Shown piece by piece: positions 41,549 through 51,473 of a stretch of DNA of 64,000 nt. The stretch covers positions 21,556 through 85,555 of the forward strand of contig CAYZRX010000005.1 of NCBI GenBank assembly GCA_964480945.1, in the 5' to 3' direction. Origin of the DNA: an uncultured Ignavibacteriaceae bacterium. Lineage in GTDB: Bacteria > Bacteroidota > Ignavibacteria > UBA10030. The notes below the pieces were generated by a model. It was given only the letters and a program-made list of their open reading frames with translations, was not told the DNA's origin and ran no database searches. Every line of letters begins with the position of its first letter. Position 1 is the stretch's first letter. The position numbers and the translations under genes were made by a program.

Positions 41549-42733
41549 ATGCGGAAGCCGAAGAACCACGATCAATCATTGACCCCTCTCAAGAAGCGCG
41601 TGTTTCTCGCAATCACTCTTTCCTTTCCGGTAGTCCTTCTCGTGGGTCTAGAACTTGCTCTTCGTTGGTTCCAGTATGGACCCGATCTCTCCCTCTTCAA
41701 GCTTCATCAGATCCGCGGGCAGAGCTACTACCTGATGAATCCCGCACTGAAATACCGCTACTTCGGCACCTCCCACTTTGCGCCGTCAACATCGCCTGAG
41801 TATTTCCAGGTCGTCAAACCACGCGGCGTGTATCGCATTTTCTGTCTCGGTGGCTCCACAACCGTCGGCTACCCGTAGTGGTACAATGGCTCGTTCCCCT
41901 CCTATCTTCGTGATCGGTTGAGGGCAACGTTTCCGCAGAAGAACATCGAGATCATTAATGTGGGGATGACTGCCACCAACAGTTTCACTGCGCTCGACAT
42001 CGCGCGAGAGCTCGCACACTACCAGCCGGATCTCATCATCGACTACGACGGACACAACGAGTTCTACGGGGCTCTTGGCGTTGCCTCTCATCAAACGATG
42101 GGTTCATCACGGTTCATGACGCACTTGTACCTCCACCTGATTCACCTCCGTACCTTTCAGCTCCTGCGAGATGCCATCCAAGCAGTCGCTGGACTCATCG
42201 GCCGAACAGACAAACCAGATTCACGCGGGACGATGATGGAAACCCTTGCGCGCGATCGGTATATCCCTTACGGAAGTGCTATGTACGATGACGCTTGCTC
42301 GATGTTCCGCGAAAACCTCGAGGACCTCAAGGCGACGTGCGAGTCAGCTGGGGTACCGCTCATCCTGGGAACTCAAGTGTCAAATCTCCGGGACCAACCT
42401 CCCTTTGTTTCAAGGAATTCGCCTGCGTTGCCATCGGAGCAAGGAGTCCTCTTCCAACGGTTGTACACGGAAGGAATGGAGCTCCAATCGAATGGGTTAT
42501 GGGATTCCGCCATCGTTGCTTTTCGCTCAGCCATTACAGTCGACTCCTGCTTTGCGGACGCCCATTATCGACTTGCCGAGTGCCTTGATACGGCAGGGAG
42601 GAAGCACGAGGCCCTCCCTGAGTACATTCGTGCTCGAGATTACGACGAGCTCCGATTTCGCATGGATAGCAGGTTTAACGATGTGGTTCGAACGATGGAA
42701 GATCATGAACACTGCTTCGTATCCGATATCGAA
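41549..42733 (+). pseudogene. SGNH-hydrolase-like/TPR membrane protein with in-frame TAG (41876) and truncated 3' end
   Basis: RIFCLGGSTTVGYP*WYNGSF reads in frame; YDGHNEFYG; TPR DAHYRLAECL; runs into the antisense of the next gene at 42733. Confidence 0.75.
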
Positions 42734-43096
42734 GTTATAGATGTCGGCCGTGACGCCCGGCGCATAGCCGTCGACGAACACGTTATCGTGAACTTCGATG
42801 AGAAAGTAGAGCAGATTAGTCGCCGATGACCAAACCACCTTGTACCTCCCAAAGTAATCATCGGAGTCCACGTGCGCGCCGTAGGGAATCCACACCTGAC
42901 CGATACGTTGCCACGGAACGTCCTGCCAGCACTTGTCGTCGCCTTTCCCGTCGACAAGAGGAGGAGGTACAACATCGGCGATCAAAACGGTATCGTCCTG
43001 GGTCGTTCGGATCTGGGAGCGCGCGCGAAAGCCGTTCGGAAGAAACGTCAGAAGGGCTATGATTCCGAATCTCAGAAGACAATTATGAGATGGCAT
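42725..43096 (-). pseudogene. CBM9-like sugar-binding protein, 3'-truncated
   Basis: Signal peptide; PLVDGKGDDKCW, YKVVWS..LLYFLIEVHDN; recognisable sequence stops at IYNFDI. Confidence 0.7.
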
Positions 43097-43125
43097 AGGC
43101 GCAGGAGAATACGATGTTTTCTTCT

Positions 43126-43159
43126 AAAAAAAGGTCGGTCACTGAACGCTGGACCGACC
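43126..43159 (-). terminator. Rho-independent terminator after the IPT/TIG gene
   Basis: GGTCGGTC / GACCGACC stem with a 7-T run on the minus strand. Confidence 0.7.
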
Positions 43160-43257
43160 GTGGTTTTTCCTTTGGGCAACTTGGCCCCTGCCTTCACGAG
43201 TATGTCTGCCCCGCACACGCGGCATCCGTTTCGTCGGCAAGCTCAGAAAGCTGCCCA

Positions 43258-44505
43258 TCAGAAGTATGGGACACCTGCTGTTCCCATTCGCACCCGGATG
43301 ATATTCCACATGTTCGCTGTCTGCGTGCCAGGATCGTTACTGATCATGTAGAGATTCTGCCCACCCCCCCAAGCAGATTGTTTACCATAGGGTGCGAGAA
43401 TACCTTTATAAAAGTAATCCAAGGTGTTGGTCGTTGGGTCGAAGACCACGAGCGGGTTCACGTCATCGATCGTAATGTACATTGTTCCAGTCGCAGAGAA
43501 CGCAATGGCTTTTACGACGCTCGAAGAGAAACCCGCAAGATCAACGACAAGAGATTGAGACCCGAGATTGCCGGCAGCGTCTATTGTGTGTCTCCAGATC
43601 TTCGCAGGGGTCGTTGTATTGGCTTGTCTCGATGCTACATAGAGATACCCGCTGACTGCGCGGATCGCCAGGATCTCGTCCGTGCGGTAGGATCCCGCCG
43701 TTTTGATCTGAGCAGTAGTGAGATCGACAGGAGGGTTGGGAGGAACCACGCAAAGATCGGTCGACGCGCCTCCCGTGTAAAAATTCCCGTAAGCGTCAAA
43801 GTCACCACAATTCACGGGTATGCCGGAAGGAAGTCTGGTCCACCGGGTCAATCGACCGGTCGACAGATCTGCCATCTGAATCTCTCTTTGGAGCTTTCCT
43901 ATGAGGTACAGAATTCCGTTGTGGATTCTGGCATCCGAGTAAACTCTCTTGATGGCAGGGCTCACCGCTGTAACCGATAATTGAGCGGCTGATCCATCAG
44001 GAGCGACCATCCAAAACGTGTAGGGTGTTCCTGACGCGACGACGTAAGTATTTTCTGCGCTGTCCACGGCAACGGTAGCGAGCGGTATGTTAGCAACAAA
44101 GGCGCCGTAGCGGTCCATCACGGCATCGATGCCGTACGGGCTCATCTTTGCAGCGAGATACGCCTTAGCGGAGACGACCTTGATCTCAGCAGACGCGGCA
44201 AACAGATTGGGGCGACGAACCGTGAGAGAGGTGCTGGATGCGTTGACGATTTCTGTGACCGTGCTGTTGAAGTAGACAGTCATATCGCTGATGGAATCAC
44301 TGAAGCTCTGCCCCTGAATCGTAATCATATTCACGCCGGCAGGCGCCGCCCCAGGAGGAATGACTCCGGTGATCGTGGGCGTCGTCACCGTCGGAGCCGG
44401 CTTGTCCCATACCGGCCCCGCGACATCATAACTGCATCCGATCACTGCGGCCATGCTTGCGGCGGCGATGAGACATGCAAGCAGAAAGAAACGATACGCA
44501 TTCAT
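43258..44505 (-). CDS. Lipoprotein with IPT/TIG domain and beta-propeller-like region
   Basis: Lipobox VIGC; PTITGVIP..ITIQG..VYFN; repeated beta-strand motifs. Confidence 0.75.
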   Translation of the reverse strand: MNAYRFFLLACLIAAASMAAVIGCSYDVAGPVWDKPAPTVTTPTITGVIPPGAAPAGVNMITIQGQSFSDSISDMTVYFNSTVTEIVNASSTSLTVRRPNLFAASAEIKVVSAKAYLAAKMSPYGIDAVMDRYGAFVANIPLATVAVDSAENTYVVASGTPYTFWMVAPDGSAAQLSVTAVSPAIKRVYSDARIHNGILYLIGKLQREIQMADLSTGRLTRWTRLPSGIPVNCGDFDAYGNFYTGGASTDLCVVPPNPPVDLTTAQIKTAGSYRTDEILAIRAVSGYLYVASRQANTTTPAKIWRHTIDAAGNLGSQSLVVDLAGFSSSVVKAIAFSATGTMYITIDDVNPLVVFDPTTNTLDYFYKGILAPYGKQSAWGGGQNLYMISNDPGTQTANMWNIIRVRMGTAGVPYF

Positions 44506-44525
44506 GAGCTCATTCCTTCACGGTT

Positions 44526-45587
44526 TCAAAATGAAAAACGTGCGGTCATCCGTTGGACGTTCTGGAAAATGCCGTACGGCGTATACGAGTAGTCGAAGGA
44601 GAATCCGAACTTGGAGACCCCTACGCCATATGAAAGTCCGCTCTCATCGCTGTTCGTCGCATATCCACCGCGCAGCGAGAGCATATCCATAATCCGATAA
44701 TCGATTCCTACCTTCAGCTGTTCCGGATGATCCCGGTAATGGCTTGCGTCAACACTCAGATAGAGCGATTGATCAAAGGGGAGCTTCGGAACCAGGTCCA
44801 TCACGTTCATCGATATTCCGAGGGTAAAAACCAGCGGCAGCTGAAATCCTTCGTAGACGTACTGGATATCCTTGGAGAAATTCCTTACCGACATCCCAAA
44901 CACCAGGCTCTTGAACCCCGTCCTGAATTGAGTTCCGAAATCGAAAACGAACGGTGTCAGTCTGTTCGACGCGGTCCTTGCCGAATCAGCATAATACAGG
45001 ATGGTCGTTCCCGTGCTGTCGAACACCGGGTTTGAAGGTGCTTCGCTCGGAACAAAACTGTCGCCCAGGTCCTGTCGAGCCCACCGTACCTGACCTCCGA
45101 CGCTGAATTGATTCGTCAGCTGTTTGGCGTACCCGATCCCGACCGCCAAGGCATTCAACTTGAAGATGCCGACATCAACATACCCCTTCTGACTGAGCGG
45201 ATCCCTGTCTACGCGGGTGCCGATGAATTCCCCATAGTCCACATATTGTATGCTGAAGCCCAGCACCCCGTAATCGCCCTTGAAGGGACTAACGGCGATG
45301 CCAAATGTGTAATGTCGGATATCAGCTATCCACCGGTTGTTGCTTGCTGTGACATCGAAGAATCCATCCATTGCCGACATGCCGGCTGGATTGAAGAACA
45401 GTGCGCTTGAACCAATCTGGAGACTCGTCACGGCGTCCGCCATGGCAGCGGCCCGTGCATCCGAGACCACACTCAAGAACCCAAAACTGGTCTGTGCCAG
45501 TTTTTGATTGGTTTGGGCGATCCCGCAATCGGTCAACAGGACCCCCAGCAGAACTCCTATCGCTATAACGCCCGTCGTCTTTTTCAT
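44526..45587 (-). CDS. PorV/PorQ-family outer-membrane beta-barrel
   Basis: DARAAAMADA, ALFFNPAG, LSLRGGY, YSYTPYG, terminal Phe. Confidence 0.85.
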   Translation of the reverse strand: MKKTTGVIAIGVLLGVLLTDCGIAQTNQKLAQTSFGFLSVVSDARAAAMADAVTSLQIGSSALFFNPAGMSAMDGFFDVTASNNRWIADIRHYTFGIAVSPFKGDYGVLGFSIQYVDYGEFIGTRVDRDPLSQKGYVDVGIFKLNALAVGIGYAKQLTNQFSVGGQVRWARQDLGDSFVPSEAPSNPVFDSTGTTILYYADSARTASNRLTPFVFDFGTQFRTGFKSLVFGMSVRNFSKDIQYVYEGFQLPLVFTLGISMNVMDLVPKLPFDQSLYLSVDASHYRDHPEQLKVGIDYRIMDMLSLRGGYATNSDESGLSYGVGVSKFGFSFDYSYTPYGIFQNVQRMTARFSF

Positions 45588-45598
45588 CGATCAAGCCC

Positions 45599-47863
45599 TT
45601 ACCTGATAATCACAAACTTGCGGAACGTTGTTTGGCCCGCGCTGAAGATTTTGTCTCCGTTACGAAAGATGACGGCACCCCGAGGATACATCAACTTCAG
45701 GTGTTCATCGTAGACGTCATAATTCGCAACTCTGTCCTGCGTCGCATAGGTATCTTCGGTCACTTCAACGAACAGGATGTAAATGCCGCTGACCACGATC
45801 TGGTTCGAAGAAGTCTTGGAATCCCAGGCTTCATCGCCCGAGCCATTGGTGTGATCCTTTTCCCATACGAGGGTTCCGTTTTCGGTGAAGATCTTCAGCT
45901 TGCATGTTGGCGGCAGTCCGTAGAACATGATCCGGTCGATGTTGCCGGTGGTGCCGGTGTTGGGATCCGCGAACTGCCATTTCCGTGACCGGATATCGTA
46001 GGGATTCGGGACGACTCGCACCTCTCCGAGCAGATTGCCGGCAGGTCTCAGGAGGTGGGCCGGCACAGAAGTCGGCGTCAGGAACAGACTGCTGTACAAT
46101 GGGGTGCCCGGCTTCACATCGTTCTGCGTACCGTCGTCTTTGGACTGAATGTAGTAGTAGTAATTGAATCCGCGCACCGCCGACGTATCGTCCCATTGGG
46201 TGACGGCATTTGCAGCATTACATTGGAAGACCTTCTGGTAAACGGACCGATAGTCTTTCACCGTCCCTTCGCATCGGTAGATGACGTAGCCGTCAAAATG
46301 GGGCCCGCTCGCCGCATTGTTGTCCCACTCCAGGTGAATTCGGTCTCCACCTGAAGTCACGGAGAAACTGCTCGGCGCGGGAGGCGGCTGAGGAATTGCA
46401 TAGTTGGAACTAAAATTGGCCGTGGCGTTGCGAAACGTCTGCAGGAGGGAATCCTTGCCCGTTTCAACCCACGCACGCGTATAGTCGGTGTATGTCGTAC
46501 CGCTGGTCCCGGGAGGAAAATTGAGCGATGGCGTGCTCGTCCCCTTGTAGTACGCATACCATACGGCTCCAACCTCACGGCATTTTTGCCAACTGATTCC
46601 GCTCACTCCTTCGGCAAACACAATGTGGATGCTATCACCCGGGGCCAATGTATAGGGGCCAAATCCCTGTCCCTGCTCCCCGCCATAGCGGTTGGTATGG
46701 GTTGTACCCCAATCTTCAACATATTGGCTGCCGACGGATTCCTCATGAGACTGAGGGAGATGGCCCTCCGTCATCCTCTGATACCGTGCCTGCATGAACA
46801 CATCGTCGTACTGGCTGACGGACGCTGCCATGATGGTTTCGTCCGGACCAAAATATGATGTAGTCGCCGGCTGGCTGGGATCGTCAGTCCCGAAGCTCTG
46901 GGGAGTCTGCGAAGCGAACAACGTCACGCAGCCGGCGTACTTTGCCGAACCCAACAATCCATCCAAGCCCGGTCCGCCTCCATTTTGGTTTGGGCAGCCC
47001 CAATCCTGATCGTACGTGACGCTTGTCCGGTTCTTCGACGGAGCGTAAAAAGAATAGAAACCTCTCATAGTGCCAGTCGTGGAAAGCGGTCTGTAAGGGC
47101 CGAAATCGTGTTGAACGGTGCTGGTACCCCACTCCGATTCGAAGGCTCCCCACGTCGAGCCCCAGCCGCTGGAGGTAACTCCGGCGAAAGCATACCGGTA
47201 GCTGAAATGAACCCAGAAGTTGTTCAGGGTCTGCGGAGGGCTCATCACGTCGCCGTTCTTGTTGTAGATGCCTGTGTTCGTGAAGACGTAATCATAGATG
47301 AAGTAGTTGTCGTGATTTTGCTGCGTGAACGCCAACACCTTTTTTGTGACCGAGACGCCCATAGAGGTATTGAACTTGATCACCACCATTCGGTCGCATG
47401 GAAGATCACTCTGCACCTCGTCCAGCACATCATAGAGTTGATTGCTCGCGGCGAGCTGGTTATCCACAACCACGATCGGCGGATTGCTCTGCCCGATCAA
47501 CTTTATGCTCTGCGGAAAAATCACGGTAGGCTGGTTGACCGCGTCGTACCGGGGCCCGGAACCGACGACTTTCACGGCTTTGACCTTTTTTTCGACCGGA
47601 TCGTAGAAATTCGTGGCGCCCAGCCACAGGCCTTTCATGCGGCTTGTGTACTGATTGTCGCCGTACTGTGCGGGCCACGTAAAGGAATTGTTGTTGAAGG
47701 GCGTCAGTTCGTTCTCCGACCCGTAGTCCACCAGAAAAGACTGCAGCTGTCCAACGCGAATCCATCGCAGCTCCTGGCAGAGGGCAAGTTGAATGCTGCC
47801 GACGACGAGCATCAAACAGACGAACGGCAGCGCTGGTCGAATCTTCCTGATCGTATTGTTCAT
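45599..47863 (-). CDS. Secreted protein with FN3-like domain and variant T9SS CTD (VVPNPY type)
   Basis: PPPAP..IHLEW..GYVIYR; VRVVPNPY..VSGIYI..RKFVIIR. Confidence 0.75.
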   Translation of the reverse strand: MNNTIRKIRPALPFVCLMLVVGSIQLALCQELRWIRVGQLQSFLVDYGSENELTPFNNNSFTWPAQYGDNQYTSRMKGLWLGATNFYDPVEKKVKAVKVVGSGPRYDAVNQPTVIFPQSIKLIGQSNPPIVVVDNQLAASNQLYDVLDEVQSDLPCDRMVVIKFNTSMGVSVTKKVLAFTQQNHDNYFIYDYVFTNTGIYNKNGDVMSPPQTLNNFWVHFSYRYAFAGVTSSGWGSTWGAFESEWGTSTVQHDFGPYRPLSTTGTMRGFYSFYAPSKNRTSVTYDQDWGCPNQNGGGPGLDGLLGSAKYAGCVTLFASQTPQSFGTDDPSQPATTSYFGPDETIMAASVSQYDDVFMQARYQRMTEGHLPQSHEESVGSQYVEDWGTTHTNRYGGEQGQGFGPYTLAPGDSIHIVFAEGVSGISWQKCREVGAVWYAYYKGTSTPSLNFPPGTSGTTYTDYTRAWVETGKDSLLQTFRNATANFSSNYAIPQPPPAPSSFSVTSGGDRIHLEWDNNAASGPHFDGYVIYRCEGTVKDYRSVYQKVFQCNAANAVTQWDDTSAVRGFNYYYYIQSKDDGTQNDVKPGTPLYSSLFLTPTSVPAHLLRPAGNLLGEVRVVPNPYDIRSRKWQFADPNTGTTGNIDRIMFYGLPPTCKLKIFTENGTLVWEKDHTNGSGDEAWDSKTSSNQIVVSGIYILFVEVTEDTYATQDRVANYDVYDEHLKLMYPRGAVIFRNGDKIFSAGQTTFRKFVIIR

Positions 47864-47898
47864 CTGAAATTCCCGTTCAGATCAATAGTTGGCAAATG

Positions 47899-50800
47899 TC
47901 AATCCAAGTCGAATGAAACCCGAAGGCCGAAGGTGACGGCGCGGGGAGTCAGGAACCAATACGTGGAGGGATTCGGCATGAAGATGTACGCCTTGTCGCT
48001 GTTGATTTGATCGATCCTCTTCTGATCGACCGACGACCAACGTTGTGCAACGGGGAGGCTTGCGTCGTCCGCGTATTGCCAGTATTGTCCGGTCTTCGCT
48101 TCGTAATAGATCGCGTGTGTTCTTCCGGGAGAGAGCTTGGTTTGCGTCATGTCCGCCTGGTATTCAATGGGCTGCCATTCGACGCCCGGTTTGCGATAGT
48201 CCCCGAGCTTGTCGTCGCCGGGAATATTGTTATAAGCATTGCCTTTCGGCAGATGGAGGGAACGCCTGTAATCTTGGTCGCCGGTGTTCCTGAGGCGCAA
48301 CGCATTGAAAAGATTGTAGACGTCGGCAAACAGCTGGATCGTGAATCGATCGACTTTGAGGGACTTGCTGGCACGCAGCGTCGCATCGAAATAATCCACA
48401 TACTGCACGTTGTTGCTGACGCCCGGGGCATTGAGCGGGTTATACGTGGTCCATCCCCCTTGATTCCAGTTCAGCAGAAAGCTGAATAGGAAATCGCCAA
48501 ACCCGTTGTGCCCCAGTACCTTCGGCCCAAAATCTCCAGGCGTGGAGAAATTGAGGTTTGCTGTGGCATAGGGCGTGGGTTTGTATCGAGTCTGATACAG
48601 ATTCACCGTGTTCTGGTCGTAGGCTTGCTGTTGGGAAGGATCCTGAAACAATTGACCTTCGCCGAAGTTGCCGCTCGAGTAGGTCTGATAGGTATAGTTG
48701 GCGAATCCTGAGAACCAGCGCCCCGGGGATTTGCGTATGGTCACCTCGAACCCACGAATATCCCGATAGGAATTGCTCGTTGTTACAGTGTAGGTTTGGC
48801 CGAAAATCGGCGTGTAGGTCGTCGTGTTTTGCTGGTTGCTAATGTCGCGATAGTACGCAGTGACTTGAACCAGCACGGAATTGTCGAAGAGCTGCTGATC
48901 ATACCCCAACTCGTATGAAATGGTCTTCGCAAGAGCCAGGTTGGGATCGCCGAGGCGCGCGAGTGAGTGATCAGTTCTGCGATCGACTCGAAACAACGAT
49001 TCGTACTGCGGCATTTGTTTGAAGTGGCCGTAGTTGAAGTAAAGTTTGGAGTTTTCCGTAATGGGATGCGAAATGCCGATCCTCGGGCTCAACTGCCATT
49101 GGCCTTTGGATTTCTGCACGGCAAGCACCTGCTGAGGGTTATACTGGTATGAGTAGAAATCTGCGTCATAAGGATTATAGCTCCACCAGTATGTTTGGGA
49201 ATTGCTGTAATCCAGACGAAGGCCGGCGTTCAGGACAAACCCATTGGTCTCCAGCTTGTCCTGAAGGTACGCGGCTCCCCGGATGGGGAAATTGTCCATC
49301 TGAACGCGGCTGGCGTAAAGATTTCCGCCGGTTTGCATTTGTATGAAGCCGTAGTCCAAATTGAGATCGTTATAGACGAATTCAACGCCCGCCTTCACCT
49401 CGTTGTTGAAATCGACCTGGCTGGTCAAGTCTGCTCTGACAGAAACCTGGTTCGAAATGGAATTATCGCGGGCCAACGACTCTTGGGAAGCATCTTTGAT
49501 GACGACGCCATCAGATATTCCAGGAAGATAGCCGAAGGGGTTTGAAGTCTCGAAGAAACCGGGAAAGATCTCATACTTCTGCGAGGTATCTCGTGCGGCA
49601 GGCGGCCGTGAGAAATAGTTGGTCCTGAAGTATTCCAGCGAGACCTCATAATATGTTTTTTCGTTCAAGAGATGTGTCAGTTTCGCGGCGATCGAACGAT
49701 GGCCGATATCGGTGAGGCTGTAGGTCATATTACTGTACATGTTCAGCAACACGTCGCCCCCGGTGCCGTTTGCGATATCGCTCGGATAGTGAGGGTAAAA
49801 TCCTTTGTTCCAATTATCCTCCATCGTGGCGACATTGCCTGTCAACCCCGAGAACCGGAGCTTCATCGTATTGCTGATGTCGGCATTCAATACAAGTCGT
49901 GCGTCGTAATCAGCATAGTCCGGCCTCGTCATGGGGAAGAGAAGGAGCTCTCGTTGGCGACGGTAGGAGGCAAAGAAACGGAGATTGCCGAGCGCTTCGG
50001 AAACCATCGGAACGGGGCCGCCGAGGCCGGCGTCGATTTCGTAGTCAGGCTCGGTGTTGATCTGTTGCTTTCGTGTTTCATACTCAAAGGCGCGTTGGGC
50101 ACCTAATGGCGTCAGGTCGTTGTTCGGATTGTCGTCGGTGAGCAACGCTTTCGACACCGCGTTCCACCCGTCGAACGGGAGGTATTGCTTCTTCGTGTAC
50201 TCATCCCAAGCACCGTTGTTCGTGCCCGTCCAGCAAACGGCGGGATCGAAGAAAGGTCGCAACCAGTACGAGGTTGGGTCGTTGACATCCGGGATCCCAC
50301 CACCACGATAGTACTTCGGGGCCGGCGGTGTGAGCCGGACATTGATGCTCCCCGAATAGCCTTTCCGTTTTCCTTCGTATGTAACAACCTTGACGATGCC
50401 CGATTGAACCTGACCGTATTCCGCATTGAAGCCTCCACGCTCGACGGAAATCTCCTTGACGGTGCTCAACGCCACTTTCGTCACAGGCTGGTTATTGCGG
50501 GGATCCCTCATCGTGACACCGTCGAGCATGAACAGAGCCTCACCGGCTCCCCCGCCGCGAATCGCCATTCCTTGAACACCGGCCTGCATGCTGATGACAT
50601 CCTGGACGTTGACAGCAGGCAATTGCGAAATCTCGTTGTCGGAAATATCGACAACGCTGGTCGCCACATCCGGCTTGATGATCCTGCGTTCAGCGACGAC
50701 GACCACCTCGCCAACTTCAATTGCCTGTACCCGCAATGCAATATTCAGCCGCGCGGTCTGGTCGATGTACACGCGCACATCGCTGATGACCATCTTTTCG

Positions 50801-51051
50801 TATCCGACATACGATACCTCAACGCTGTACGACCCCGGCGGGACATTCAGAATCGTGTATTGGCCGGCCACATCGGTCGCCGCCCCGAGGGTCGATCCAA
50901 CAACACGAATATTGGCGCCGATGAGCGGTTCACGAGTTTCTTGATCCGTAACAATGCCAGCGATTTTTCCTGTGGTCTGCGCCCAAAGCGGGGCCGCTAG
51001 TGTGATCGCAACCAACAGACTCGATGCTATCACCCTCACAGCTGATTCCAT
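47899..51051 (-). CDS. TonB-dependent receptor (carboxypeptidase-regulatory N-domain, non-SusC type)
   Basis: EPLIGANI, IRGGG..LDGV..GGFNAEYG, SPRIGISHP, terminal GLRVSFDLD; start 51051 behind AAGGAG. Confidence 0.92.
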   Translation of the reverse strand: MESAVRVIASSLLVAITLAAPLWAQTTGKIAGIVTDQETREPLIGANIRVVGSTLGAATDVAGQYTILNVPPGSYSVEVSYVGYEKMVISDVRVYIDQTARLNIALRVQAIEVGEVVVVAERRIIKPDVATSVVDISDNEISQLPAVNVQDVISMQAGVQGMAIRGGGAGEALFMLDGVTMRDPRNNQPVTKVALSTVKEISVERGGFNAEYGQVQSGIVKVVTYEGKRKGYSGSINVRLTPPAPKYYRGGGIPDVNDPTSYWLRPFFDPAVCWTGTNNGAWDEYTKKQYLPFDGWNAVSKALLTDDNPNNDLTPLGAQRAFEYETRKQQINTEPDYEIDAGLGGPVPMVSEALGNLRFFASYRRQRELLLFPMTRPDYADYDARLVLNADISNTMKLRFSGLTGNVATMEDNWNKGFYPHYPSDIANGTGGDVLLNMYSNMTYSLTDIGHRSIAAKLTHLLNEKTYYEVSLEYFRTNYFSRPPAARDTSQKYEIFPGFFETSNPFGYLPGISDGVVIKDASQESLARDNSISNQVSVRADLTSQVDFNNEVKAGVEFVYNDLNLDYGFIQMQTGGNLYASRVQMDNFPIRGAAYLQDKLETNGFVLNAGLRLDYSNSQTYWWSYNPYDADFYSYQYNPQQVLAVQKSKGQWQLSPRIGISHPITENSKLYFNYGHFKQMPQYESLFRVDRRTDHSLARLGDPNLALAKTISYELGYDQQLFDNSVLVQVTAYYRDISNQQNTTTYTPIFGQTYTVTTSNSYRDIRGFEVTIRKSPGRWFSGFANYTYQTYSSGNFGEGQLFQDPSQQQAYDQNTVNLYQTRYKPTPYATANLNFSTPGDFGPKVLGHNGFGDFLFSFLLNWNQGGWTTYNPLNAPGVSNNVQYVDYFDATLRASKSLKVDRFTIQLFADVYNLFNALRLRNTGDQDYRRSLHLPKGNAYNNIPGDDKLGDYRKPGVEWQPIEYQADMTQTKLSPGRTHAIYYEAKTGQYWQYADDASLPVAQRWSSVDQKRIDQINSDKAYIFMPNPSTYWFLTPRAVTFGLRVSFDLD

Positions 51052-51473
51052 ATTGGATGACTCCTTGAGAAATGGGTCAGAGTTACGCTCCGTGAGGTAA
51101 GAAAAGGACATACAGGCAAGAATGAATACTTAGAAGCCAGCATCGGCAACCGATGTGAATTCCAGAGCCCGAACTGATGTTCGTGCCCTGGCTGAACAGT
51201 CCTGGATGGAATTGATCAGGAAGTAATTGTACCAGTTCAACGTCTGATGGATTTTTGACAAATTCAACTCTCTTCTGGGAGGAATCAATCTGTCAATCGG
51301 ATAACGGACTCCCGAAAGTGGCAATCGACGCTGTACTTGAGATGGCCGCGATCTCCGAAGGAACGGCGCGTGGTCATTCGTGGAAGGGCTTCGACCGTTG
51401 ACCCGTCCTAGCGAAAACTAGAAGACAACTCTGCGGTTCGCAGCGCACACCCTTCACAAACCTCGCACCCTCG

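Noticed and set aside
24451-41878. Genome-wide reassignment of TGA or TAG
   Set aside because: Intact genes here end on TGA (8375, 11872, 16798, 21018) and TAG (14266, 18581, 28483, 55217) at natural C-termini, and TGG is used normally.
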